The notes under the pieces are model-generated. The model did not search any database and was not told where the DNA came from. It saw nothing but the letters and a program-made list of their open reading frames with translations. DNA of 64,000 nucleotides, from NCBI GenBank assembly GCA_045807245.1, contig JBJMHS010000011.1, forward strand, positions 1 through 64,000, written 5' to 3'. Each line of letters starts with the position of its first letter. Positions within the stretch are counted from its first letter, which is position 1. The translations under genes and the position numbers were made by a program. Below are positions 18,537 to 28,208 of this stretch, piece after piece. This DNA comes from Actinomycetales bacterium (GTDB lineage Bacteria > Actinomycetota > Actinomycetes > Actinomycetales > CAVURS01).

Positions 18537-19352
18537 GTGCCCACCCAAGCCGCTAGTGACAAGGCTGCTGTTCTGCTGGACCTGCATGCCGGGCCCGGCT
18601 TCGTGCTGCCCAACGCGTGGGACGCCGGCTCCGCCCGCATCCTCGAGCAGGTCGGCTTCCCGGCCATCGCCACGACCAGCGCGGGCATCGCCTGGTCCTG
18701 CGGCGTCCCGGACGGCGGAGCGCTGGACCGCGACACGATGCTCGAGCATGTGGGTCGCATCGTTGCGGCAGTAGGCGTCCCGGTCACCGCCGATCTCGAG
18801 GCCGGATACGGGGACACCGCGGACGATGTCGGCCGCACCGTCGCCCTGGCCGTGCAGCACGGAGTCGTGGGCGCCAACCTCGAGGACGCCGGACCGGGCA
18901 TGCTGTTCGGCATCGACGAGGCCGCCGACCGCATCGCGGCCGCGCGAGCCGTGGCACCTCGCGGCACGTTCGTGCTGAACGCCCGCACGGACACCTACTT
19001 CTCCGGCATGACTGGGGACGTCTTCGCCGAGACGGTCGATCGGGCGGCCCGGTACGTCGCAGCCGGAGCCGACTGCGTCTTCGTGCCCGGCGTCGTCGAT
19101 GAGGACACCATCCGCCGCCTCGCCGCCGCCATCCCCGGCCCACTCAACATCGTGGCCGGACTGGTGAACTCCATCGACGCGCCGACGCTCTTCTCCCTCG
19201 GCGTCAACCGGGTCAGCCTCGGCGGCAGCCTGGCCCGAGCCACGCTCAGCATGTTGGAGCGCGCCGGCCGGGAGCTGCTCGACTCCGGAACGCTCGGATT
19301 CCTCGACGGTGCAATCGGCTACGCCGACCTGCAACGACGCTTCGAGTCGTGA
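18537..19352 (+). CDS. isocitrate lyase/PEP mutase-family protein
   Basis: LPNAWDAGSA, ATTSAG, PVTADLEAGYG, LNARTD, AGADCVFVPG. Confidence 0.92.
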   Translation: MPTQAASDKAAVLLDLHAGPGFVLPNAWDAGSARILEQVGFPAIATTSAGIAWSCGVPDGGALDRDTMLEHVGRIVAAVGVPVTADLEAGYGDTADDVGRTVALAVQHGVVGANLEDAGPGMLFGIDEAADRIAAARAVAPRGTFVLNARTDTYFSGMTGDVFAETVDRAARYVAAGADCVFVPGVVDEDTIRRLAAAIPGPLNIVAGLVNSIDAPTLFSLGVNRVSLGGSLARATLSMLERAGRELLDSGTLGFLDGAIGYADLQRRFES

Positions 19353-19819
19353 CCCGCGGCTCCGAGGGAACCGTCGGGTTCCGCCTCTGGCCGCCGGTCG
19401 CAGTCGGCGCGCCCCTGCTCGTCGGCTGGCTGACCACCAGGCTCTGGGGCGATCCCGTCGCCATCGGCGGCTGGCGGGTGTCCCTCGGCTGGGCGCTGGT
19501 CCTGCTGTTCGTCGGGTGGAACGGCTGGGCGCTGTGGCTGTTCCGCAGCCATCGGACCGGGCTTCTGCCGGGACAGGCGACGAACGTGATGATCGAGCTG
19601 GGACCGTACCGACTCTCCCGCAACCCGTTGTACGTCGGGCTGCTCGCGCTCTACCTGGGCCTGGCCCTGCTGGCGCCCACGTTCTGGGGGCTCGTGCTGT
19701 TGCCGGCCGCCGTACTGCTGGTTCTCTGGGGTGCGATCCGTCCCGAGGAGCGTTTCCTGCACGAGCGGTTCGGTGCGCCGTACGACGACTACACGCGGAG
19801 GGTGCGTCGGTGGCTGTGA
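19349..19819 (+). CDS. isoprenylcysteine carboxyl methyltransferase-family membrane protein
   Basis: GPYRLSRNPLY, EERFL..RFG..Y..Y..RVRRW. Confidence 0.9.
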   Translation: MTRGSEGTVGFRLWPPVAVGAPLLVGWLTTRLWGDPVAIGGWRVSLGWALVLLFVGWNGWALWLFRSHRTGLLPGQATNVMIELGPYRLSRNPLYVGLLALYLGLALLAPTFWGLVLLPAAVLLVLWGAIRPEERFLHERFGAPYDDYTRRVRRWL

Positions 19820-19869
19820 CACATGCTCGGGACGTGCCCAAGCCGTGACATCGCGCTCGGCGACGAGCC

Positions 19870-20907
19870 TCAGTGGGCCGGATCGATCATCGTCATGCCG
19901 GCGACGGTTGCTCGATCGAAGACAGGCAACAGCGCGGCGGCCCCGTCGAGCCCGATCGTGCGCTCGATCAAGCGTTCGGGCCGCAGCACGCCGCGATCGA
20001 TGAGGGCGATCATGTCGGGATAGTCCGTGGCCGCCATCCCGTGGCTGCCCATCAGGTCGATCTCCCAGCCGATGAGTCTGGTCATCGGCACCCGGGGATG
20101 GCCTTCGACCGGCGGCAACAGCCCGATCTGGACGTGACGCCCTCGGCGACGAAGGCTGAGCAGCGCGTCGCTGCAGGTCTGTTCGCTCCCTACCGCATCG
20201 ATGGCGACGTGGCTGCCGCCAGAGGTGATGCCGGCGATGGCGGCCGGGATGTCTGTGCCGTCCGCGAGGAGCGCATGCTCGGCGCCCAGCTCGGCCGCCA
20301 CAGCGAGAGCCTCGGCGTTCCGGTCGACGGCCACGACCCGCGCGCCCATGGCGTGCGCGATCATGACAGCGCTGAGCCCGACCCCGCCGGCCCCGATCAC
20401 GGCGACCCACTCGCCCTCCACCACGTGGGCGCGGCGGACAACCGCGCGGTACGCCGTTGCGAACCGGCACCCGAGGCTGGCCGCGGTCGCGAAGTCGACG
20501 TTCTCTGGCAGGGCGACCAAGTTGGTGTCGGCCGCGTGGAGGGCCACGTACTCGGCGAAGGAACCCCAGTGCGAGAAACCTGGTTGCTGTTGGCCCGGAC
20601 AGACCTGCGCATCGCCTGTCCGACACCATTCGCACTCACCGCAACCGCACACGAAGGGCACAGTCACGCGGTCACCGACGCTCCAACGGTGCACCTCCGC
20701 ACCTGTCTCGACCACCACGCCCGCGAGTTCGTGGCCCGGCACGTGCGGGAACGCGATGTCCTCGTGACCGGCCCAGGCGTGCCAGTCGCTCCGGCACATC
20801 CCGGTGGCCTTGACCTGCACGACGGCACCACGGTGAGGCGCCGAAGGCATAGGAACGTCCCGCACTTCCGGCGTGGCCCGGACACCGTCAAGGACGACCG
20901 CTCGCAC
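19870..20907 (-). CDS. zinc-dependent alcohol dehydrogenase
   Basis: CRSDWH, GHE, CGCGECEWC..C structural Zn site, GAGGVG. Confidence 0.95.
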   Translation of the reverse strand: MRAVVLDGVRATPEVRDVPMPSAPHRGAVVQVKATGMCRSDWHAWAGHEDIAFPHVPGHELAGVVVETGAEVHRWSVGDRVTVPFVCGCGECEWCRTGDAQVCPGQQQPGFSHWGSFAEYVALHAADTNLVALPENVDFATAASLGCRFATAYRAVVRRAHVVEGEWVAVIGAGGVGLSAVMIAHAMGARVVAVDRNAEALAVAAELGAEHALLADGTDIPAAIAGITSGGSHVAIDAVGSEQTCSDALLSLRRRGRHVQIGLLPPVEGHPRVPMTRLIGWEIDLMGSHGMAATDYPDMIALIDRGVLRPERLIERTIGLDGAAALLPVFDRATVAGMTMIDPAH

Positions 20908-20916
20908 AACGAGCGA

Positions 20917-21174
20917 TCAGCTGGTGGTGGCGACCGGCCGGTCGCTGACCGGGGTCACCTCGCAGACCGTGATGCCGGCGCCCGGCTTGAGGAACGCCTG
21001 GAGGTGCGCGATGTCGTCGGTCTCCACCACCAGGTACGTGGTGTGCTGCGGGAATGCCAGCCAGAAGCCATGGACCGTCACGTCGGGGTGGTCGCCGTCG
21101 AACAGCGAGCGCGACCCGCCCGCGCCGAGTGGGCAGTCTGCGGGTGCGTGCGACTGCTTGATATGGAACAGCAT
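20917..21174 (-). CDS. small hypothetical protein (HxxxxCP motif)
   Basis: GGAGG RBS; 9 bp upstream of the ADH on the same strand. Confidence 0.7.
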   Translation of the reverse strand: MLFHIKQSHAPADCPLGAGGSRSLFDGDHPDVTVHGFWLAFPQHTTYLVVETDDIAHLQAFLKPGAGITVCEVTPVSDRPVATTS

Positions 21175-21284
21175 GGTGCTCCTCCGTCATCGTACGTACC
21201 GGCGGACGCCTCACGTCGGCTCCAGCCTAGCGACGGCCGCGCCGGCCCTGACCGTGGTCGCTTCGCTCCTCTCGTACGTTCGCG

Positions 21285-22058
21285 TCAGTCTGGGCGCGGC
21301 TCGATGCGTGTCCATCCCGTCCAGCCGCGCTCGGCCAGGAGCTCGCGCAGCCGCTGGATCGCGGGCTGGTCATCGGCCATCGAGTCCAGCAGCTTCACGA
21401 ACACGTCGTCGTCCATGTTCAGGTCCTGCTCGTCTAGCTGGCCGTTCCTGGCCGCCTCTTCGAAGAGCTCGGCGAGGAGGTCAGCCATGTCCCGCGCGAG
21501 CTGCTCCTGGTTCTCCGGGCCGGTCTCGAGCACCTGGGCGAGCAGCTGGTAGAAGCGGACGACTCTGGGGTCCGCCAGCTGGGCGACCTTGTCCGCCATG
21601 AAGGCCGGGATCTGACCTGGGTAGCGGGCCGCGACGAGAACCCAAGCGTCCCGCTCGGCCTGGATCAGCGCGTCGGGTGCTCCGATGGCCCGCACCCTCT
21701 CCAGGTAGTCGAGCACCTGGTCCGGCACCGCGAGCGTGTCTCCCGATGCGAGCTGGGAGATGCGTCGCCGATGCTCCTCGAGCGCACGGATCTGCTTCCG
21801 CAGCGCGCGGTCGATCTCAGATGTCTCCCGAGCGAAGGTCGCCTCATCCGCGTCGAGCAGCTCCTGGACCCGCGAGAGCGGCACTCCGGCCTCGGCCAGC
21901 GTCCTGATCTTGATGAGGCGGATGACTGCGTCGACGCCGTACGAGCGGTAGCCGGAGGCATCTCGCTCCGGCTCTGGGAGCAGGCCGATCTGGTGGTAGT
22001 GCCGGACGGCTCGGATGGTCACGCCCGCGTAGGTCGCGAGCTGCCCGATGGTCAGCAC
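21285..22058 (-). CDS. MerR-family transcriptional regulator
   Basis: LTIGQLA..GVTIRAVRHYHQIGLLPEPERDASGYRSY. Confidence 0.93.
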   Translation of the reverse strand: MLTIGQLATYAGVTIRAVRHYHQIGLLPEPERDASGYRSYGVDAVIRLIKIRTLAEAGVPLSRVQELLDADEATFARETSEIDRALRKQIRALEEHRRRISQLASGDTLAVPDQVLDYLERVRAIGAPDALIQAERDAWVLVAARYPGQIPAFMADKVAQLADPRVVRFYQLLAQVLETGPENQEQLARDMADLLAELFEEAARNGQLDEQDLNMDDDVFVKLLDSMADDQPAIQRLRELLAERGWTGWTRIEPRPD

Positions 22059-22086
22059 GGTTCCAGCCTGCCAAACCGCACGCTGC

Positions 22087-22848
22087 TCACGATGCGGTGC
22101 GTCGGTAGACGCTGGTCGCGCCGGCGGACGCGAACACGAGTAGACCCGCGCACCAGACGAGCGCGGTCCAGAGACTGCTGCCAACGGGTTGGCCGGCCAG
22201 CAGATGCCGGAGTGCATCGACGATGGAAGTGACCGGCTGATGTTCGGCGAATGCGCGGACGGGGCCAGGCATGCCCTCGGTCGGCACGAAAGCTGAGCTG
22301 ACGAAGGGCAGGAAGATCAGCGGGTAGGAGAATGCGCTCGCCCCGTCCACCGTCTTGGCGGTCAGGCCCGGTATGACGGCCAGCCACGTGAGGCCCAGGG
22401 TGAAGAGCACGAGAATGCCGACGACGCCGAGCCAGGCGACGACTCCGGCCGAGGAGCGGAAGCCCATCACGAGCGCGACCACGAGCACCACGGCGAGCGA
22501 GACGAGGTTCGCGACGAGCGAGGTCAGGACGTGGGCCCACAGCAGTGAGGACCTGGCGATCGGCATCGACTGGAACCGCTCGAAGATGCCGTTCTGCTTG
22601 TCGAGGAACAGCCGGTACGCGGTGTAGGAGATGCCGGAGGCGATGGTGATGACGAGGATGCCGGGCAACAGGTAGTCGACGTACTTGCCGGTCCCGATGC
22701 GGATCGCGCTCCCGAAGACGTAGACGAACATCAGCATGAAGCCGATCGGCATGACGGCGGTCGTGATGATGGTGTCTGGGCTGCGGCCGATGTGGCGCAA
22801 GGATCGTCCCAGCAGCGCAGTCGTGTCACGGGCGAAGTCCTTGTTCAT
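22087..22848 (-). CDS. ABC-2 exporter permease (DrrB-like)
   Basis: Six TM segments; GIFERFQSMP; SSAFVP..MP motif. Confidence 0.9.
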   Translation of the reverse strand: MNKDFARDTTALLGRSLRHIGRSPDTIITTAVMPIGFMLMFVYVFGSAIRIGTGKYVDYLLPGILVITIASGISYTAYRLFLDKQNGIFERFQSMPIARSSLLWAHVLTSLVANLVSLAVVLVVALVMGFRSSAGVVAWLGVVGILVLFTLGLTWLAVIPGLTAKTVDGASAFSYPLIFLPFVSSAFVPTEGMPGPVRAFAEHQPVTSIVDALRHLLAGQPVGSSLWTALVWCAGLLVFASAGATSVYRRTAS

Positions 22849-22857
22849 GATGCGTCC

Positions 22858-23616
22858 TCAGATGCTCGGTGCGACGACGGCGAGGAAGATCTCCTCGAGT
22901 GTGGGCTGCTTCTCGACGTACTCGGCCTTGGCGGGTGGCAGCAGCCGCTTGAGGTCCGCGAGGGTGCCGTTCACGATGATCCGGCCCTCGTGCAGGATCG
23001 CGATGTGGTCGGCCAGGTGCTCGGCCTCGTCGAGCATCTGGGTGGTGAGAAGGACCGTTGTGCCCTGCGAGGCAAGTTCCTTGACGGCCTGCCACACCTC
23101 GAGGCGGCCCTCCGGGTCCAGGCCGGTCGTCGGCTCGTCGAGGACGATGACGGGTGGGTCTCCGATCAGGCTCATGGCGATGTCGAGACGACGGCGCATG
23201 CCGCCGGAGTAGGTGCCGGCTCGTCGTCCACCCGCCTCGGCCAAGGAGAAGCGGGCCAGCAGGTCCTCGACGATCCGGTCGCTGTCCCGCAGGTGCCGCA
23301 AGCGCGCCATCAGCTTCAGGTTCTCGCGGCCGGTGAGAATCTCGTCGACAGCGGCGAACTGGCCGGTGAGGCTGAGTGACTCCCGCACCTTCGAGGCCTC
23401 GCTGATGACATCGAAGCCGTGCACGGTGGCCGTGCCGGCGTCGGGCTTCAGGAGCGTCGACAAGATTCTCACCATCGTCGTCTTTCCGGCGCCGTTGGAG
23501 CCGAGCAGGGCATGGATGCTGCCGCGCGGCACGTCGAGATCCACCCCGCGCAGCACGGGCAGGTCCTGGAACGACTTCTCTAGTCCGCGGATGCGGATCG
23601 CGTGGTCTTCTTTCAC
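22858..23616 (-). CDS. ABC exporter ATP-binding protein (DrrA-like)
   Basis: GSNGAGKT, YSGGM, LDEPTTGLDP. Confidence 0.95.
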   Translation of the reverse strand: MKEDHAIRIRGLEKSFQDLPVLRGVDLDVPRGSIHALLGSNGAGKTTMVRILSTLLKPDAGTATVHGFDVISEASKVRESLSLTGQFAAVDEILTGRENLKLMARLRHLRDSDRIVEDLLARFSLAEAGGRRAGTYSGGMRRRLDIAMSLIGDPPVIVLDEPTTGLDPEGRLEVWQAVKELASQGTTVLLTTQMLDEAEHLADHIAILHEGRIIVNGTLADLKRLLPPAKAEYVEKQPTLEEIFLAVVAPSI

Positions 23617-23648
23617 TTTCGCTGTCCCTTCAGATCAGGTGAAGGGAC

Positions 23649-23680
23649 AGCGTGCAGGGTTGACGCTGCGTCAAGGTCAA
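23649..23680 (-). promoter_or_regulatory. MerR-type promoter with operator palindrome TTGACGC-N-GCGTCAA
   Basis: -35 TTGACC (23680-23675), perfect palindrome 23660-23674 inside a long (about 20 bp) spacer, upstream of the ABC-MerR operon. Confidence 0.65.
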
Positions 23681-23700
23681 GCCGAGTTCTGGGTTGGCTC

Positions 23701-25161
23701 ATGCTTAGGCTCGTGACCGGCCGGTCAGCGAGTCTTGCGAGCCCACCGTGGCGATGGATCGCGGCGGCTGTGGTGGTTGTGTGCGCGCTGCTGTACGCCA
23801 CCTTGTCGCGTTACGGCTATCACCGCGACGAGCTGTACTTCCGGATGTTGCCCACGCGGTGGGGATACGTCGACCAGCCGCTCCTCACGCCGCTGCTCGC
23901 AAAGGTGTCGATCCACCTGTTCGGTGACACTGTCTTCGGGTTGCGGGCCCTGGCTCCTCTTTTCACTGCCGCCGGCGTCGTGCTCGCGGCTCTGACGGCG
24001 CGTGAGCTCGACGGGAGTCGCCGCGCTCAGGGGCTGGCCGCCTGGGGCTACGCCTCCACCGCGCTGCCGTTGTTGGGCGGTCACTACTTCGTCACCGGCA
24101 CCATCGACCTCACCTTGTGGGCGGCCGCACTGCTCGCAGTCACCCGCGCGCTGCTGCGCGACGCCCGGTGGTGGCTGGCGGCGGGAGCGATCCTCGGTGT
24201 CGCAGCCGACAACAAGCTGCTCGTCGCGGTTCTGGTGATCTCGCTGGCGGCCGGGATCCTGGCGCTGGGGCCGCGATCCCTGCTGCGCTCGCGCCATCTG
24301 TGGGGCGGTGTGGTCATCGCCCTCGTGCTGGCCGCGCCGACCTTGGTGTACCAGGCCACCCACCAGTTCCCGCAGCTGACGATGGCTCGGGCTCTGCACG
24401 ACAACAACGCGAGCGACGTTCGAGCGCAGGTGATTCCCTACCAGGTCCTGCTGATCGGGCCACCGCTGTTCGTGCTGGTGGTGATCGGTTTCGTGGCCTT
24501 GTTGCGCCGTACCGCCTGGCGGCCGGTGCGAGGTCTGGCGGTGGCGGCCGTGGTGGCGCTGGCCCTCACGTTCCTGGCCGGTGGCCAGATCTACTACGCC
24601 TTTGGGCTGCTGGCCTTCCTCCTGGCCGCCGGTTGGGCCACCGAGCTAGGCGCAACGTGGCTCTTGGTGGTCGCCGTCGCGCTGAACGGCGCCGTGAACG
24701 CGTTCATCGCGCTGCCCCTTCTGCCCCTGTCGCAGGTCAGCGTCCAAGCGGCGTTGAACCCGACGATCGGCGACCAGGTCGGCTGGCCGACGTACGTCGC
24801 GACGCTGCGCGCGGCGTACGAGCGGATCGCGGCTGGCGAGCGCGGGCGAGTGGTGGTCTTCACCGGCAACTACGGCGAGGCGGGAGCTGTCGCGCGCTAC
24901 GGTCGCGATCTGCCGCCGGTCTTCAGCGCCCAGAACGAGCTGTACTACGAGGGACCGCCACCTCAGGACCGGGACCTCGTCCTGGCCTGGACCGAGGACT
25001 TCGCCGGGCTGTCCACGCGGTTCGACGACTGTCAGCGGATGGCCACCATGGACAACGGTGCCGGCGTCGACAACGAAGAGCAGGGCAGCGTGGTCGCCCT
25101 ATGCAGAGTCCCGTCCACCGGATGGGCCGCCCTGTGGCCGAGCCTGCAGCACTACGACTGA
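23701..25161 (+). CDS. GT-C fold membrane glycosyltransferase (family 39 / PMT-like)
   Basis: YGYHRDELYF, WGYVDQP, many TM segments, NYGEAGA; start uncertain. Confidence 0.85.
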   Translation: MLRLVTGRSASLASPPWRWIAAAVVVVCALLYATLSRYGYHRDELYFRMLPTRWGYVDQPLLTPLLAKVSIHLFGDTVFGLRALAPLFTAAGVVLAALTARELDGSRRAQGLAAWGYASTALPLLGGHYFVTGTIDLTLWAAALLAVTRALLRDARWWLAAGAILGVAADNKLLVAVLVISLAAGILALGPRSLLRSRHLWGGVVIALVLAAPTLVYQATHQFPQLTMARALHDNNASDVRAQVIPYQVLLIGPPLFVLVVIGFVALLRRTAWRPVRGLAVAAVVALALTFLAGGQIYYAFGLLAFLLAAGWATELGATWLLVVAVALNGAVNAFIALPLLPLSQVSVQAALNPTIGDQVGWPTYVATLRAAYERIAAGERGRVVVFTGNYGEAGAVARYGRDLPPVFSAQNELYYEGPPPQDRDLVLAWTEDFAGLSTRFDDCQRMATMDNGAGVDNEEQGSVVALCRVPSTGWAALWPSLQHYD

Positions 25162-25181
25162 ACGGCGCGCGATGCCGCCTG

Positions 25182-25253
25182 TCAACGACGGCTGAGGCCG
25201 AAACCGCCGAGGAGCAGCACGACGAGCACGACGAGAATGATGATCCAGAGCAT
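25182..25253 (-). CDS. 23-aa hydrophobic microprotein MLWIIILVVLVVLLLGGFGLSRR
   Basis: Manually read ATG..TGA; single TM helix with basic C-terminus; GC-rich third codon positions; below ORF-track cutoff. Confidence 0.6.
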   Translation of the reverse strand: MLWIIILVVLVVLLLGGFGLSRR

Positions 25254-25399
25254 GGACTCAACCTGTCACCAACACCGCGACCGCGCGACTTGGACCGCAC
25301 ACATCTGGGCGCCCGATCGGTCGAAACCGTAGGCACCTGTTCGTGGTGGGGTTGAGAGCTGGTCGCACCGAGCGATCGGCCGAACGGATGGAGCACATC

Positions 25400-25978
25400 A
25401 TGACCGCCACCTACACGTTCGACGTCTTCGCCAGCCTGGACGGCTTCGCCGCGGCCGGCGGGGACTGGACCGGGTACTGGGGTAAGCAAGGCCCTGAGCT
25501 GCTCGAGCACCGTCTTGCCTTGTACGACGTGGAGCAGCGGATGGTCTTTGGCGCCAACACGTACCGGGCTTTCGCATCAATGCTGGCCGCGAGCACGGAG
25601 GAGTCCGAGGTCCGTGACCCATGGGTCACTCGGATGGTCAACACGCCGGCAACCGTGGTGTCGACGACGCTGGCCGGACCCCTCGACTGGCCGGACGCGA
25701 CCGTGGTGAGCGGTGATGCCGTGGACGTCGTCGCGCGGCTCAAGGAGCAGTCCGAGGTGCCGTTGCGCTCGCACGGCAGCCTGTCGTTGAACCGTGCGCT
25801 CATGGCCGCCGGCCTGGTGGACCGCATCCAGGTGACGATCTTCCCGGTCATCACCGGTCAGACCGGACTCGAGGCGATCTTCCACGGCGCGGCCGACTTC
25901 GACCTCGAGCTGCTCGAGAGCCGGACACTCGACGGCCGCAGCCAAGAGCTCACCTACCGGCCCACCCTGCATCCTTGA
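25400..25978 (+). CDS. dihydrofolate reductase / RibD C-terminal family protein
   Basis: SLDGF, FGANTY, HGSLSL..GLVD..FPVITG. Confidence 0.9.
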   Translation: MTATYTFDVFASLDGFAAAGGDWTGYWGKQGPELLEHRLALYDVEQRMVFGANTYRAFASMLAASTEESEVRDPWVTRMVNTPATVVSTTLAGPLDWPDATVVSGDAVDVVARLKEQSEVPLRSHGSLSLNRALMAAGLVDRIQVTIFPVITGQTGLEAIFHGAADFDLELLESRTLDGRSQELTYRPTLHP

Positions 25979-25994
25979 GCCATCGGTCCGGTGT

Positions 25995-26044
25995 GCCAGG
26001 TCTGGCCAGGTCGTTGCCAGGTCGTTGCCAGGTCATTGCCAGGT
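25995..26044 (+). repeat. five GCCAGGT direct repeats with 10-11 bp period (putative operator)
   Basis: Copies at 25995, 26005, 26016, 26027, 26038, ending at the RBS of the 26056 gene. Confidence 0.8.
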
Positions 26045-26055
26045 GAAGGAGGGGT

Positions 26056-27699
26056 ATGAGCAGCATCCCCGTGCCGGACGAGCAGACCCTCTACTCGTCC
26101 CGCCGGCACGACGATGTCGACGCGCTGGCCTGGCCGGTGTTCAGCGAACATGCGTTGGACCTGCTGCGATCAGCCGGTGAGGTGCTGGATCCCGAGCCGG
26201 GCGAGGTCTTGTGGGAGGCCGGCGACCCGTACGACGTCTACCTGGTCCTCTCCGGCGGCGTACTCCTGGTGGACCGCCGTGATGACCGAGTGGTCTTCGT
26301 CGTCGAGCAAGGCGACTTCGTCGGCGAGCTGGGCATGTTGATGGGGCAGCGGGCCTTCCTCCCCGGCGTTGCCATGGACGGAACGGCGGTGCTTCGGGTG
26401 CCGGTGCAGGAGGTGCGCCGGCTGGTGGAGATCTCGGGTGAGCTGAGCGACGTACTGCTCACCGCGTTCGACGCCCGCCGGCGCATGTTGAAGCGACTGG
26501 GGGAGGGCGGGCTCGTGCTCGCCGGTGACGACGACCGCGACCTTCACCGGCTGCAGGAGTTCGCCGAGCGCAACCAGCTGCCGTACCGGACGGTACGGCG
26601 TTCGGACCCCTTGGCTTGGTCCCAGCTGGCGAAGACCACCGTGCTGCCTGAGACCGGCACGGTCGTCGTGACGGGAGCGCGTCAGGTCATGAGGTCACCG
26701 TCCACGCGCGACCTCGCGACGGCGCTCGGCATCGACCTGTGGTGCCTGGCCGACGACTCGCGCTGTGACCTGCTCGTGGTGGGCGCTGGGCCAGCCGGGT
26801 TGGCGGCTGCGGTGTACGGGGCCTCGGAGGGGTTGGACGTGATCGTCGTCGAGGACGTGGCCATCGGGGGCCAGGCCGGCAGCTCGTCGCGGATCGAGAA
26901 CTACCTCGGCTTCCCGGGGGGCGTCTCCGGCGCTGAGCTCGCGCGGGCCGCGATGCTGCAGGCCGTCAAGTTCGGGACGAGGCTGGTGTCCCCCCGCTCG
27001 GTCACGGCGATGTCTCAGGTATCGGGTGGCTTTCGCGTCCGGCTCGACGACGAGGTCGACATCGTGGCGTGCGCCGTTGTCGTTGCCAGCGGTGTCCGGT
27101 ACCGGCGCCTGAACGTGCCTGGCCTGGCCGACCTCGAGGGCCGCGGCGTCTACTACGCGGCGAGCGAGCTGGAGGCCAAGGTCGTGGCCGGGCAGAACGC
27201 CGTGGTGGTGGGCGGGGCCAACTCGGCCGGACAGGGCGCCCTGTTCCTGGCCCGGCACGCCGGACAGGTCCACGTCCTGATCCGCCGTGACGACCTGCGC
27301 GACACTATGTCGAACTACCTGGCGCAGCGCCTCAGCCATCACGAACGGATCACCGTCCACCCTCGCTCGGAGCTGTCCGCGGTGCGTGGCACCAGTCGGC
27401 TGAGCGAGGTGACCTGGCGGGACCACCTCGTCGAGCGGGACGTCGGGCTCGAGGCGGCGGGCCTGTTCCTGATGATCGGCGCCGACCCGTGTACGACCTG
27501 GCTGCACGACGTCGGCGTCGAGCTCGATGCCAAGGGGTTCGTCGTCACCCGCGACGGTTTCGCGACGTCGGTCCCAGGTGTCTTCGCCGTCGGTGACGCG
27601 CGCGCCGGCTCGGTCAAGCGGGTGGCCTCGGCGGTCGGCGAGGGATCCGTAGTGATCTCCGCCGTCCACTCCTACCTGGCGAACACGGCGACGTCGTGA
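26056..27699 (+). CDS. cNMP-binding-domain + thioredoxin reductase-like FAD oxidoreductase
   Basis: N-terminal cNMP-like domain (GDFVGEL); GAGPAG, GGQAGSSSRIENYLGF, GGANSAGQ, GVFAVGD..KRVASAVGEG. Confidence 0.9.
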   Translation: MSSIPVPDEQTLYSSRRHDDVDALAWPVFSEHALDLLRSAGEVLDPEPGEVLWEAGDPYDVYLVLSGGVLLVDRRDDRVVFVVEQGDFVGELGMLMGQRAFLPGVAMDGTAVLRVPVQEVRRLVEISGELSDVLLTAFDARRRMLKRLGEGGLVLAGDDDRDLHRLQEFAERNQLPYRTVRRSDPLAWSQLAKTTVLPETGTVVVTGARQVMRSPSTRDLATALGIDLWCLADDSRCDLLVVGAGPAGLAAAVYGASEGLDVIVVEDVAIGGQAGSSSRIENYLGFPGGVSGAELARAAMLQAVKFGTRLVSPRSVTAMSQVSGGFRVRLDDEVDIVACAVVVASGVRYRRLNVPGLADLEGRGVYYAASELEAKVVAGQNAVVVGGANSAGQGALFLARHAGQVHVLIRRDDLRDTMSNYLAQRLSHHERITVHPRSELSAVRGTSRLSEVTWRDHLVERDVGLEAAGLFLMIGADPCTTWLHDVGVELDAKGFVVTRDGFATSVPGVFAVGDARAGSVKRVASAVGEGSVVISAVHSYLANTATS

Positions 27700-27731
27700 C
27701 CAGTTCAGATGACAACCAGAGGATGTAGCCC

Positions 27732-28172
27732 ATGGCATCTGTACGACGCTTCGACCACGTCGGCATCACGGTGGCCGACCTCGACGCGGTGACGGCGTTC
27801 TTCGTGACGCTGGGCCTCGAGGTCGAGAACAGGATGTTCGTGGAGGGCGAGTTCCTGGACACGGTGATCGGTATCCCCGACTCTCGGACCGAGATCGTCA
27901 TGCTGCAGCCGCCCGATGGCGGGACTCGGTTGGAGCTCTCGAGTTTCGTCCGGCCCGACCACCTGCCCGGTTCGCCGGCCGCCCCTGCCAACGAGCTGGG
28001 TCTGCGCAACGTGGCCTTCGAGGTCGACGACCTGCAAGCGGCCGTCGACCGGGCGGCGGCGGACGGCTACCGGTTGGTCGGGGCGATCGGCGAGTACGAG
28101 GGCTACTGGCGGATGGCCTATGTCCGGGGTCCGGAGGGGATCATCGTCTCGCTGGCCGAACGCATCGGCTGA
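27732..28172 (+). CDS. VOC (glyoxalase-like) family protein
   Basis: DHVGITVADLD, LELS, YVRGPEGI. Confidence 0.92.
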   Translation: MASVRRFDHVGITVADLDAVTAFFVTLGLEVENRMFVEGEFLDTVIGIPDSRTEIVMLQPPDGGTRLELSSFVRPDHLPGSPAAPANELGLRNVAFEVDDLQAAVDRAAADGYRLVGAIGEYEGYWRMAYVRGPEGIIVSLAERIG

Positions 28173-28208
28173 GGCGGGGCCACGTCGACCCGGACAACGT
28201 CGAACGAG

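Noticed and set aside
19873..21552. 559-aa plus-strand ORF
   Set aside because: Shadow of the ADH, small gene and MerR gene on the minus strand; no motifs
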